Shown here one piece after another: positions 1 through 10,358 of a stretch of DNA of 64,000 nucleotides. The notes below the pieces were generated by a model. The model was not told the origin of the DNA, did not search any database, and was given only the letters and a program-made list of their open reading frames with translations. Source of the DNA: Candidatus Thorarchaeota archaeon (GTDB lineage Archaea; Asgardarchaeota; Thorarchaeia; Thorarchaeales; Thorarchaeaceae); assembly GCA_019057475.1 (NCBI GenBank), contig DXJO01000014.1:1-64000 (forward strand). The letters are read 5' to 3'. The number at the start of each line of letters is the position of its first letter. The first letter of the stretch is position 1. A program made the translations under genes and the position numbers.

Positions 1-227
1 ATAACATACTGCTCAGGATTGAGTGGTGTGGACGTTCGATGCTGATTGCTAGGGCGTGCATGCAATTTGGTCGCCGCCAGTTGGACGGAGACAGAAAACG
101 CCTGTGGAGAGGATATGAGACTAGTCGCAGATTCAGTAGGATCTGCAGAGCAGACCTCAATGAATCAGGAACCGAACATCAATCAAGGACATTGATGTCT
201 AGGATTGTACAAGTTTCGGGCAACGGC
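1..227. mobile_element. Partial copy of a ~260-bp MITE-like repeat (left end outside window)
   Basis: 1-226 aligns without gaps to 12916-13141 with scattered substitutions; ends in tgtacaagtttcgggcaacggc. Confidence 0.65.
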
Positions 228-484
228 TGACTGAGAACTGGAAGAAACCCAAACAGAAAGGAGGGTGGGCGCCATGGAGGACTTCTTGTAATCATGTGGA
301 GGCTTTCGCCCCTGCGCGTCGCTGGTTGTTTTGTTTAGGCTCCGTGTGCGCCCCTGTTGACTGAAGATTCGTGGCTCAGTCTAATATGGCCATGTGTCAT
401 GCAGGTCATACTCCCGTCAAGGAGGCCTCTCAGACATAGGTTCAGCCGGTGGTTCCCTCTGGGTTCGTGAGAGGAACGGGCACT

Positions 485-2200
485 CTAGTGAGTCTTGCTG
501 TATACTTTCACATAGTATACAACTACCACAACAGCAACTAGAGTCACAATGATAATTGCTGGCAACAGAAGATCAGGAGACGCATCAGATGGTATTGAAG
601 TAAGCAAGAACAGTGTGTAGCCAGAGTATTCATTGCCAAGCCTTAGGATGTAGCCCGTTTCATTCAGATTGACAGGCAATGTGATTGTGATGGGTAGTGT
701 GTGTGATTCTCCTCCATCAAGAGCACCCCATGAATGAAGCAGAGTGCCACCTCCACCTCTGAGTTCAATCCCATCCTCAGTACTGAGTCGAGGGCTGAGA
801 CAATTGATACTAACACTTAGCGACATTTCCTCTCCCTGTTGAGTGGCGTCTGAAGCAACACCAAGAGTGGCAGCTAGTCTTGGTGTCATTTCAAGCAGAT
901 AATCAAATGCCGGAATATAGTATTGCCAGAGACTCTCAATGTATGCATCATCAGGTGTAAAGTAACCAAAAATCTCATGCCATTCTTGAATCAAATGCGT
1001 AGAGTTGTCAACAATATCTACGTAGGTTGAAGGATCATCAGCAGACCCGTTGTGATAGACCTCAAAAGTGATGGGAAGGGCCGTTCCTCGTTCAACATAC
1101 ATCCATGCCCCCCACATACCTGATGGAGCTGAAGCAAGCTGAGGTTTGTTGTATTGGCCATTGGAAGTCTGTGCAGTGAAATCATAGATCTCATTGAATC
1201 CCACAGGATACATCGTCGCAAAATCTTGGGCTACATGGTAGTAGAGTGTGCCTTCATACCAATTGTCATAGTAATTTGTAGGAAAGAATGTTGCGTTAAT
1301 GCCTGAGTGAAGTGAGTACACCATGGCGAATGTGTGTTGGCTCGTCCAGTCCCTGTAAGCCTGAGTTTCTGGTTCTGAGAAGGCCGTAGGACCGCGGTAT
1401 ATCTGAGACCTTACATCTGACGATGAGCTTCCCGAACCCCACCCAGTTGCATAGTTCCGATTAAGGTCAACAAGTCCAATGTAGTCTTCATTGAAGAGAC
1501 CGTCACCGTCATCATCTATGCCTTCATAGAAAGTATGGCTAAACTCGGGTTCACCACCAGAACCCGTTTTGGTGTAGACATCAAATCCTGAAACAAAACC
1601 GTCACCATCTGCGTCATCCCATGGATCTTCATCGAACAGACCGTCACCATCGTCATCATAGGGGCGAAGATTCTTTCTGAGCCAATAGTCTTCTTCATTG
1701 ACTACACGTTCAAGACCGTCTGGATTCAACGTAGGAATAACAAAGATTTCCTGCGTGTCAACATACTCGGTTATGGTTTCATCTTCACCATAGTTGTTAA
1801 GCAGATAGATGATAAAGCGTAAGGAAAGCTCAACTGTGATTTGTTCCCGGGCATGATGATGCGCGTTAACCTGGGTCTTTGCTTTCTGTTCTGTATTCTG
1901 TTCGTTGGTGATTCGAACACAGGTGATATTTCTCCCCAGATAGCTTTTTCCTATTACTTCGATATCTACAAGTTCTGGGACTGTGCTATGAATTAGCTCA
2001 ATCTCCTCATCAACCTCTGCTGGATCATGCCACTCATCTTGATAGATTAGAGATATGTCAGACCAGGTCCGGTCAACGGAGAGGGTATCAACACGTTCGA
2101 TAGCAAGTGTTGAAATCGCAGCATCCGAAGTAGTAGCAGCACCTACAGAGAGAGCGAATGTGGAAACTAGAAGAAGCACAACAAGAGTACTTGAGAGCAA
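485..2200 (-). CDS. Secreted, membrane-anchored M14 zinc carboxypeptidase with DxDxDG Ca-binding repeats
   Basis: HAREQ (HxxE), LNPDG, DLNRNY, SLHSG and TFE motifs; signal peptide; C-terminal TM. Confidence 0.88.
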   Translation of the reverse strand: MLSSTLVVLLLVSTFALSVGAATTSDAAISTLAIERVDTLSVDRTWSDISLIYQDEWHDPAEVDEEIELIHSTVPELVDIEVIGKSYLGRNITCVRITNEQNTEQKAKTQVNAHHHAREQITVELSLRFIIYLLNNYGEDETITEYVDTQEIFVIPTLNPDGLERVVNEEDYWLRKNLRPYDDDGDGLFDEDPWDDADGDGFVSGFDVYTKTGSGGEPEFSHTFYEGIDDDGDGLFNEDYIGLVDLNRNYATGWGSGSSSSDVRSQIYRGPTAFSEPETQAYRDWTSQHTFAMVYSLHSGINATFFPTNYYDNWYEGTLYYHVAQDFATMYPVGFNEIYDFTAQTSNGQYNKPQLASAPSGMWGAWMYVERGTALPITFEVYHNGSADDPSTYVDIVDNSTHLIQEWHEIFGYFTPDDAYIESLWQYYIPAFDYLLEMTPRLAATLGVASDATQQGEEMSLSVSINCLSPRLSTEDGIELRGGGGTLLHSWGALDGGESHTLPITITLPVNLNETGYILRLGNEYSGYTLFLLTSIPSDASPDLLLPAIIIVTLVAVVVVVYYVKVYSKTH

Positions 2201-2429
2201 TCGAATGTCAATTCACCTCACAGCTTAACAGTCATGTAACAACCATTCCTGAAATCTTGGCATCACAAGACTCGGAAGACTTTGAGATTTGACTAATAAT
2301 AGGATTTGGTTCAGCGCTTTCAATTGCGTGAACCAAAATGCAAGACAATGAATGTCTGAACCCATCCGTTGGACCAGAAGACCTTTTTTGTGGGAGTATC
2401 AGTCTGTATTGCAGTCAGGATGTTAGATA

Positions 2430-2897
2430 ATGGAACTGCCTCTGGAAACCCTAGAAAGGATTGTTGATACTCTCAACGTAGGCTTGGTCGTTCTTGACAA
2501 GGACGACAAAATCGTGTTGTTCAATCGAAAGGCTGGAGAGATGCTCAAGCAAGACCCCGAGGAAAGAATCGGGAGCCCCCTCCTTAGATGCCATCCGGAG
2601 AGAGCAGAGCCCGGAGTCCTAAAGATGATAGGCGAGATAAAGAGCGGTAAGCTGGAAAAGTACGACGGCTGGGTCAACTTCATTGGGAGAATCATCTACG
2701 AGTACATCTATCCAATCCGGGACAAGGACGGAAAATACGTGGCCACTGTTGCCGAGTTCCATGACGCCGCCGAGAAAGCAGAATATCTGAAAGGCCTAGG
2801 AGAGTGGACAAGGCCAGACATGCACGGAACAGGAGATAGCTCGCCCCGGAGTCCTCATGCAGAACCGCCACTCACGCGCAAGGGACGCAAAGAGTAA
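2430..2897 (+). CDS. Stand-alone PAS domain protein
   Basis: GLVVLDKDDKIVLFN...IG...CHP...PIRDKDGKYV pattern. Confidence 0.8.
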   Translation: MELPLETLERIVDTLNVGLVVLDKDDKIVLFNRKAGEMLKQDPEERIGSPLLRCHPERAEPGVLKMIGEIKSGKLEKYDGWVNFIGRIIYEYIYPIRDKDGKYVATVAEFHDAAEKAEYLKGLGEWTRPDMHGTGDSSPRSPHAEPPLTRKGRKE

Positions 2898-3012
2898 GTC
2901 GATTCAGGTCGTCATGTTACATATTGGATATAGGACTCACAAGTCCCCCAACATGCCTTTGAAAACACTTATACCAGAAGTTAAATCCTGAAACCTAGCT
3001 AGGTGTTTTAGA

Positions 3013-3267
3013 ATAGTACAAAAAGTTCCTGATACGCCGGAGAACATGGAGATCTGCAAGAAATTCTGCGGACCTTGTCCAACGTTCAAGCCCAACGATC
3101 TCAACACTGTCAAGCCACATGCGCTGTTCTGTGCACGTGGTGCTTCAGAGAAGCCAGCCGCTGAGATTGAAGATAAGGGCTGTAGTTGCTTTGCCTGCCC
3201 TGTATTCCAAAAGTACGAATTAAAGGGCGGTTGGTACTGTATGCATGGTATTGAGGGGAGACAGTAG
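3013..3267 (+). CDS. DUF2769-type Cys-rich small protein; start probably upstream of the ORF-track ATG at 3046
   Basis: KVPDTPEN...CGPCPTF...LFCARG...CSCFACPV...YC pattern. Confidence 0.7.
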   Translation: MVQKVPDTPENMEICKKFCGPCPTFKPNDLNTVKPHALFCARGASEKPAAEIEDKGCSCFACPVFQKYELKGGWYCMHGIEGRQ

Positions 3268-3489
3268 TCATTTCTCTCCATGCGTCAATAGACCTAGAAT
3301 CTACAACTACCAGCGAGTGGGGGTAACGCACCCCCCATTCGATTCATTTTATGACAAGATTGACTGAAATTCACTCAATATCAAATTGCAGGAAAGTAAT
3401 CAGACTATGCTTTCTTCTATCCGCTGAGCTAGAGTAACGTTTAAGAAAACAAGATGGTCGCGAACGTCACACTACTGAGATGTTTTCTA

Positions 3490-3804
3490 ATGGCACACTG
3501 TGTGTTAGTCAAGGGACCCTGTAGAGGCAAGATGTGCGACTTCTGGGCTAGAGTTAAGATACAGAAGAAGAGCGTCGAAGAGATGGCTGATGATATCAGG
3601 GAAAGCATCGCCAAGTGTGAGGATGGAAACATCAAAACCGTTACAGAAGTAATTCAGGCCTACTGGTCTGCCTTGGGTGTTCGGGACATGTACAGACTCT
3701 GTAAGGAAGAATCTAATCTGTATGAGAAGATCAAGCAGGTGGAAAACCTAGCCCTTGAGCAAAATAGTATCAAAGCTGTGCAAATTCCGCAGGCACAGCA
3801 ATGA
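3490..3804 (+). CDS. Hypothetical protein with N-terminal Cys cluster
   Basis: MAHCVLVKGPCRGKMCDFW start; open frame. Confidence 0.55.
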   Translation: MAHCVLVKGPCRGKMCDFWARVKIQKKSVEEMADDIRESIAKCEDGNIKTVTEVIQAYWSALGVRDMYRLCKEESNLYEKIKQVENLALEQNSIKAVQIPQAQQ

Positions 3805-5425
3805 TATTTCCTCTGTTGAGAAGCCACTTCGGGTCAAGAGCCTTTTTGACAGCCTGCATTTCTGCTATGCCTTTCTGACCGTACATGGCTTCTAGGAAGG
3901 GCACTTTCAGCTTGCCAATTCCGTGCTCTGCCGCAACTGTACCGCCCAGCTCAACAGCCTTCTTCGCAAAGAGCATGTAGTTGTCCATTCCCTGCTGGAC
4001 TTCCTCGTTGTTTCGCGGAATCATGTTCACGTGCAGATGCGAATCCCCGATATGACCGAAGATAACGTATTCCATTCCCTGCGCCTCCAGAGTGTCACGA
4101 TAAAACTTCAGATACTCTCGCAGTGCCTCAGCTGGGACTGCCATGTCAGTACCAATCTTGTGCACCTCGTGATACTCCGCCTTGCGCTGGGCGATGAGTG
4201 CATTGATTGTTTCAGGCACGAAATGCCTGACTGTCTTCATCTTCTCCAGTTCTGCCCGGTCTAGGCCGGCCCAGCTCGATTCCGAGGAGGAGTTGTACTT
4301 GTTGAGAATCTCTTCTAGGCTCATTATTTTCTCCTCCATCTCATCTTCTGTGTAGCTGAACTCAAAGAAGACTATAGCTTGAGTCTGATCTGAGAGAGCC
4401 GGCACAGTAAGTCCAGCTTCGCTCGCCTTTTCCCTAATCATCTTGACTGCATTTGGACCTAAGTATTCCAAAAAGTTCATGGGGATTGGAGAGTCATGCG
4501 GCTTGACATCATAGACGAAATTGACTGCGTCATCCTCGCTTGGAAAGAAGGCCATCACTGTCATGATGTTCTCGGGCATCTTCATCAGTCGGAGCTCTAC
4601 CATTGTGATTGCACCAAGGATTCCCTCAAAGCTGATGAAGAGATCAATCAGGTCCATGCCAGGCTTCGCAAAGAGGCCAGCGGCATTCTTCGTCTTTGGC
4701 ATCTCATAGGTGGGTATCGGGACTTCGACCGCTGACCCATCGGTGAGTATGACCTGGAACGTGTCATCTTTCGCGAAGATCTTACCCCGCTCAATATCAA
4801 GAATGTCTCCGTTTGCTAGTACAACCCTCAAACGACGGACCCAGTTTCTAACTGCACCATGCTTGAAGGTGCGTGCACCTGACGCATTGCACGCCACAAC
4901 ACCGCCCAGATGGGCCGTCATTTCTGTCGGATCTATGGGGAAGAAGTAGGAATCAGACTCATTCAGGAACTGTTCGAGGGCCTTCTGTTGCCCGGGCGTG
5001 CCCTTGCCTTCCAACTCATCAAGAGCTTTTGTAGTAATGGCCTTCGCCAGGATTTCAAGGATGACACCAGCTTGGCCGCCAATTGAGTAGAAACCCTCAT
5101 CGGCGGAGTACTCCATGAAGAGCATCTCATCCATCTTCTCAAGGTTGATCGTGATTCCGCCCATAGGAACAGCAGCACCGGTGATTCCGGTTCTGGCTCC
5201 CTGAATTGTTACGGGTGTTCCATTCTCGTATGCATGTTTCAGAACAGCAGCCACTTCTGCCTCAGTGGTGGGAAAAAGGAGCTTGTCCGTTTGACCATCA
5301 AAGGAGTGGCTCTCGTCATCTAAGTAGAGAGCATAGATATCCGTGATGGTCGCTTGATCCGTGACTGTCTTCATATCTGATAGACTAGCCGTCTCAGGTG
5401 TTTGGGCCTTGATCTGATTCGTCAT
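3770..5425 (-). CDS. FAD-linked oxidoreductase (GlcD/D-lactate dehydrogenase family)
   Basis: GARTGITG, GGVVACNASG, FGHIGDSHLH, AEHGIG. Confidence 0.9.
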   Translation of the reverse strand: MTNQIKAQTPETASLSDMKTVTDQATITDIYALYLDDESHSFDGQTDKLLFPTTEAEVAAVLKHAYENGTPVTIQGARTGITGAAVPMGGITINLEKMDEMLFMEYSADEGFYSIGGQAGVILEILAKAITTKALDELEGKGTPGQQKALEQFLNESDSYFFPIDPTEMTAHLGGVVACNASGARTFKHGAVRNWVRRLRVVLANGDILDIERGKIFAKDDTFQVILTDGSAVEVPIPTYEMPKTKNAAGLFAKPGMDLIDLFISFEGILGAITMVELRLMKMPENIMTVMAFFPSEDDAVNFVYDVKPHDSPIPMNFLEYLGPNAVKMIREKASEAGLTVPALSDQTQAIVFFEFSYTEDEMEEKIMSLEEILNKYNSSSESSWAGLDRAELEKMKTVRHFVPETINALIAQRKAEYHEVHKIGTDMAVPAEALREYLKFYRDTLEAQGMEYVIFGHIGDSHLHVNMIPRNNEEVQQGMDNYMLFAKKAVELGGTVAAEHGIGKLKVPFLEAMYGQKGIAEMQAVKKALDPKWLLNRGNIIAVPAEFAQL

Positions 5426-5628
5426 TCAATTCTCACCATGGACCTGATGTTGCCGGAGTGGGAGGTAATCGCAATATCAACTCATTGGTATTACCAAGAC
5501 GCAACACCATGCAGTCTAGATTGCTTGTTGGACGACACATTAATGAGCAGGGCTTGATTAGGTGTTCGCATTGTAGTTTCTACTGCCTTTGCTGTAGTTG
5601 ACAACCGTCCGCAGATTGACAATCTGGA

Positions 5629-6930
5629 GTGAGTACTAGAAAGATGGATGCAATAGGTGCGGCAATCCTCGCCGTTTTCATCGGCACATACATCATCATA
5701 AGCACAGAGAAAGTAAACCGGACTGGAATGGCCCTACTAGGAATGGGATTCGCAGGCGTAGTCCTCTGGGGTGGAGGTCACCCGTTTCACGAACTGGTGT
5801 TAGGCATAGAGTGGGACACTATCCTTTTTGTCACTAGCATGATGATGATTGTAGCAGTCGCAGGCGGGTCAGGCATGTTCCAGTTTCTTGCTCTGAGAAT
5901 ATCGAAACCGAGTGGTGGGGACCACAGACGCCTGTTCATTACATTCATCGTGTTTGTGTTCGTGATGTCATTCTTCCTTGACACCACCTCCACGATGGTC
6001 ATCATGGCACCGCTCACGATTCAGGTCTGTAGAGCACTCGACATCGATTTCAAGCCATACCTAATATCTGAGGCAATAGTGTGCAACTTTGCATCCATTC
6101 CATCAATTGTGGGTGCTGTACCGAACCTTGTCATCGCGAGTGTGACTGGCCTTGACCCAGGATTCCTGTTCATAGCCCTCATGCCTCTTGCAATCATTCT
6201 CCTAATCGTGACGTTGCCCATAATGCTTCATCGATACCGCGCATCATTCGGCGTAACCGATGAGCACAGAGTGGATGCTCTCTTTCGAATAGATCCAGCA
6301 ACTATGATAACGTCGAAGCGTGATTTCTACGCATCAATAATCGCGTTTGTAATCCTGTTCGGGGGGTTTGCCATTGGCCCCTCGGTCAATATAACGCCGC
6401 CGTTGGTTGCTCTTCCTGTGGCTGGATTCATGCTCGTCCTGTCGCATAAGAGAGCTAACAAGTTCCTTACTGAAGTAGGGTGGGACACTGTGTTTTTCCT
6501 TGTTGGTATCTTTGGTCTTGTTGTGGCATTGGACATAACGGGATTGGTCGACGACCTTGGATACTGGATTCAGGCAGTTGTCGGAAATGATGCCGCTTTC
6601 GCCACAGTATTCATGATCTGGATTCCTGCATTGCTCTCGTCTTTCCTAGACAATCTTCCTGTGTCAGTACTACTTGCACCGATAGCTTCCAGCCCGGAAC
6701 TCCTTGCCGTGAGTCCAGTTCTGCCCCTCGCACTAATCTTTGCGGTGAATGTCGGAGGATATCTGACACCCCTGGGCGCGCCAGCAAACATAGTGACAAT
6801 GTCATTTGCGGAGAAAGAGGGTGACCGTATTTCCTTCTTAGAGTTCGCGAAGATGGGCACAATCCTAGCCCTAATTCACTTGGTGATTGGCAGCGGCTGG
6901 TTACTCCTAGTCAACTTCCTCATGGGCTGA
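5629..6930 (+). CDS. ArsB/NhaD/SLC13-family anion permease
   Basis: Polytopic; SFLDNLP and GGYLTPLGAPAN motifs. Confidence 0.85.
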   Translation: MSTRKMDAIGAAILAVFIGTYIIISTEKVNRTGMALLGMGFAGVVLWGGGHPFHELVLGIEWDTILFVTSMMMIVAVAGGSGMFQFLALRISKPSGGDHRRLFITFIVFVFVMSFFLDTTSTMVIMAPLTIQVCRALDIDFKPYLISEAIVCNFASIPSIVGAVPNLVIASVTGLDPGFLFIALMPLAIILLIVTLPIMLHRYRASFGVTDEHRVDALFRIDPATMITSKRDFYASIIAFVILFGGFAIGPSVNITPPLVALPVAGFMLVLSHKRANKFLTEVGWDTVFFLVGIFGLVVALDITGLVDDLGYWIQAVVGNDAAFATVFMIWIPALLSSFLDNLPVSVLLAPIASSPELLAVSPVLPLALIFAVNVGGYLTPLGAPANIVTMSFAEKEGDRISFLEFAKMGTILALIHLVIGSGWLLLVNFLMG

Positions 6931-7216
6931 TAAGCAGTTTTGCTGTCAATGTAATAGTCCGGGGGTTTCCAGAAGAAGGGCGGCGCCCGCTCCCGCCCGA
7001 GCCGCCGGGAGGACGGACACACGACGGAAACAAGACGCCTTTCGTGATGTGCGCAGAAATGCGCATTCTGTATTAACGGTACATTGAGTATTTGAAGTCT
7101 CTTGACTATGAGGTTTTTGCGCAAAAGGGAAATTCGGCGTTATGCACCCAGCAGACCATTCATAAAAGATTACAGAGCGCTTTTTTGAACAGGACAAGTA
7201 GCTGAGGCCGATATTA

Positions 7217-7708
7217 TTGCCAAAGAGAGCGCGATGCCCGCACTGTGACAGACTGTTCACACGTGACAGGTTTGACGACCACATTCACAGATGTAGGGCT
7301 CGTGGGATGAATCGAGGAGAGGTCAGAAGGACCAGAAAAGCGGTTGTAGTGGATGGAAACAACGTGGCCCATCATCTCTCTCCGAACGGAGTGCCCCGAG
7401 TGGCAAATCTTGTTCTAGCACAGAGCAGTCTTCTCAAGGCTGGCTTGAAACCGATTGTGGTTGTATCAGCTGCTATCAAGCATAAGATAGACAACCCAGA
7501 AGTTCTACAAGAAATGATTGCGAAACGAGAGGTGATTGAAGCACCCCGCGGCACAGACGATGACCTTACTGTGATAAAACTCGCTCAGAACAACAATGCA
7601 GACATTGTGAGTAACGATAGGTTCCTTGGCTTCATCAGCAAATTCCCGTGGCTGCAATCCAGACTGATGAAATACAGAATGACGCCCGCTGGTTTAATAC
7701 TCAGGTAG
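7217..7708 (+). CDS. C2HC zinc finger + Zc3h12a/Regnase-type PIN (NYN) RNase
   Basis: CPHC..H..C, then VVVDGNNVA, DDL, IVSNDRF. Confidence 0.8.
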   Translation: MPKRARCPHCDRLFTRDRFDDHIHRCRARGMNRGEVRRTRKAVVVDGNNVAHHLSPNGVPRVANLVLAQSSLLKAGLKPIVVVSAAIKHKIDNPEVLQEMIAKREVIEAPRGTDDDLTVIKLAQNNNADIVSNDRFLGFISKFPWLQSRLMKYRMTPAGLILR

Positions 7709-7809
7709 AAATAAGCTGTCCCTTGACTACTGACCGGCATCAGAACCATTAAAATGGGTTCGGAGATGCTCAGTGAGAAACCATTGTTTCTACAAGCAGG
7801 TGAAACTAA

Positions 7810-9582
7810 ATGCTCGCTAACGAATTGCGAAAGAAGTACTTGGAATTCTTCAGGCAGAAAAAGCATGCCATAATGAGTTCTGCTTCGTTGCTGCCTGAGA
7901 ATGATCCCACAGTGCTCTTTACCACGGCGGGCATGCACCCGTTAGTACCATATCTTCTGGGCCAACCCCACCCTCAAGGCAAACGACTAGCTAACTGTCA
8001 AAAGTGCATCAGAACTACTGATATCGACGAGGTTGGCGATCCGACGCATCTCACGTTCTTCGAGATGATGGGCAATTGGAGTCTGGGTGACTACTGGAAA
8101 GAGGAGGCCATAACGTGGAGCTACGAGTTCCTCACCTCCAAGAAATGGCTTGGATTCAATCCAGAGAAGCTATCAGTGACCGTCTTCGAGGGCGATGACG
8201 ATGCGCCACGTGATGACGAATCAATCAAGATATGGATGAAACTCAATATACCGGAGAATCGTATCTTCTCCCTGCCTAAGGAGGATAACTGGTGGGGTCC
8301 AGCAGGAGCGACTGGTCCATGTGGACCATGCACCGAGATGTTCATCGAGGTCGATACAGTTCCCAAATGCGGAGCAAACTGCAAGCCCGGATGCAGCTGC
8401 GGCCACTATTTCGAAGTTTGGAACGATGTCTTCATGCAGTATAACAAGATGGCTGATGGGACATACGAACTGCTAGAAAAGAAGAACGTTGACACGGGGA
8501 TGGGACTCGAACGTACTATAGCCATGCTTCAAGGGAAATCCACTATTTACGAGATTGAGCTGGTTGCACCCCTCGTGGAGAAGGTAATAGAATTCACAGG
8601 GAAAGAGAGCCTTGCAGACGAGGAAGTACGTTTGGTCAGGATAATCGTCGACCACGTGAGGTCCGCAGTGATGATTATGGCAGATGACCGCAGGATTTCA
8701 CCGTCCAATGTAGAACAGGGTTACATAGTTCGTCGACTCTTGCGGAAGAGCATCCACAGCGCAGATAGACTTGGAATCCATCAGGGATTCATGAAGGCCC
8801 TTGCTGAGATTGTCATTGAAATGTACAGAAGCGTGTATGATGAAGTTGAGAGAAATCGGGATTTCATCATGCAGAATCTTGAAGCAGAAGAGGCGAAGTT
8901 CAGGAAGACACTTGGTAAGGCACTCAGAAGATTCGACAGGATTCTTAATGAAACAGGAACGATGACCGGCAATGACGCGTTTCTTCTATTCACAAGCTTC
9001 GGGCTCCCCCTTGAAATGACTAGAGACCTGGCCGAAGAGAAAGGCATCAAGATAAACATGAAGGAGTTCCGGAAGGAGTTCGAACACCACCGAGAGATAT
9101 CTAGGACTGCAACAGAGGGCAAGTTCAAGGGAGGTCTCGCAGACCATAGCGAGGAGATCACGAAACTCCACACAGCAACTCATCTTCTGCAGGCCACTCT
9201 TAGAAAGGTCCTAGGTAGCAAAGTCAGCCAGACGGGCAGCAATATTACAAAAGAACGCCTTCGATTCGACTTTGCGTTTGATAGGAAACTGACACCAGAA
9301 GAGGTTCAACAGGTTGAGGACCTCGTGAACAAGGCGATTGCAGGAAACCTGGAGGTCATTCAGACATTCATGGCGTTCGATGAAGCTATCAGTCAGGGTG
9401 CACTGGCATTCTTCAAAGAAACCTACGGCGAAACAGTATCCGTGTACAGAGTGGGCGATTTCAGCATGGAGCTCTGTGGAGGGCCTCACGTCGAGCATAC
9501 GGGAGTTCTAGGTCACTTCAAAATCGCGAAACAGAAGAAGATTGGAGCGGGCATAATCCGAATCAGAGCGATACTGGAATAG
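7810..9582 (+). CDS. alaS: Alanine--tRNA ligase, short form without C-Ala
   Basis: LFTTAGM, HLTFFEMMGNWS, DTGMGLER, HTATH, ELCGGPH. Confidence 0.95.
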   Translation: MLANELRKKYLEFFRQKKHAIMSSASLLPENDPTVLFTTAGMHPLVPYLLGQPHPQGKRLANCQKCIRTTDIDEVGDPTHLTFFEMMGNWSLGDYWKEEAITWSYEFLTSKKWLGFNPEKLSVTVFEGDDDAPRDDESIKIWMKLNIPENRIFSLPKEDNWWGPAGATGPCGPCTEMFIEVDTVPKCGANCKPGCSCGHYFEVWNDVFMQYNKMADGTYELLEKKNVDTGMGLERTIAMLQGKSTIYEIELVAPLVEKVIEFTGKESLADEEVRLVRIIVDHVRSAVMIMADDRRISPSNVEQGYIVRRLLRKSIHSADRLGIHQGFMKALAEIVIEMYRSVYDEVERNRDFIMQNLEAEEAKFRKTLGKALRRFDRILNETGTMTGNDAFLLFTSFGLPLEMTRDLAEEKGIKINMKEFRKEFEHHREISRTATEGKFKGGLADHSEEITKLHTATHLLQATLRKVLGSKVSQTGSNITKERLRFDFAFDRKLTPEEVQQVEDLVNKAIAGNLEVIQTFMAFDEAISQGALAFFKETYGETVSVYRVGDFSMELCGGPHVEHTGVLGHFKIAKQKKIGAGIIRIRAILE

Positions 9583-9654
9583 TCCTGTTAGTCTATTCGA
9601 AAGGTCTATTTGTCCTCTGACATCCATAGCTGAGAGACAGGCCCCTACATCTGA

Positions 9655-10341
9655 ATGGGATTCGTGAAGACTATGGGAAAAGGAACATACTCCAGGCTAT
9701 TTGGCGGCGGGGATAAGGACCTCCAAAAGAAGGCTGCTGATCTCCTTATGCAGCTAGGTAAGGCACTTCAGACAGCCAGTGCCAAGATGCATGTCGGCGC
9801 AAAGGCATGGTTGAAAGATGATATTGAAACTCTCAAGGAAATCAGAGATGAGGTTGTCAAATTAGAGAGGGAATCCGACTCCATAAAGGATGAATTCGTA
9901 GATAGCGTATTTTCAAAGCATGCATATATGCCTCAACAATCGCAGGAACGATACCAGCTCGTTGTTCACATGGACAGCATCATTGATGCTGCAGAAGAGG
10001 CGGTCCGAGTGCTAGCCCTTGGGTACAAGAACAAACCATTGGAAGTTATCGTAGAGATGGCTGAAAAATCTTGGATGTGCACTGACCTCCTTCAAGACGC
10101 AATCAAGTATCTATTTACTGACTTTGAAAAAGCTCTGAAGTACGCACGAAAGGTGAGTGTCATTAGAGAGGATGCACGAGACCTGAAGTTTCAGCTCCAC
10201 AAGAAGGTGTTCCGTGGTAAGGAGTTCAATCCATCGGAAGGCTTGTTCTACCATGTCATTTCAAGGCGAATCACAGAGGTGGCTATACGAGCGGAGCTAA
10301 CAGCCGACTTCATTCGTACCATCGTGATTAGATACTCCTAA
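9655..10341 (+). CDS. DUF47/PhoU-like phosphate transport regulator
   Basis: LERESD...D..ID helical repeats; directly upstream of PiT. Confidence 0.8.
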   Translation: MGFVKTMGKGTYSRLFGGGDKDLQKKAADLLMQLGKALQTASAKMHVGAKAWLKDDIETLKEIRDEVVKLERESDSIKDEFVDSVFSKHAYMPQQSQERYQLVVHMDSIIDAAEEAVRVLALGYKNKPLEVIVEMAEKSWMCTDLLQDAIKYLFTDFEKALKYARKVSVIREDARDLKFQLHKKVFRGKEFNPSEGLFYHVISRRITEVAIRAELTADFIRTIVIRYS

Positions 10342-10358
10342 ACGGAGGACAATATCAC

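Noticed and set aside
39-230. ORF in the repeat (and 12696-13214) as a transposase
   Set aside because: No recognisable DDE/HUH motifs; the longer ORF is partly antisense to the nitroreductase remnant.
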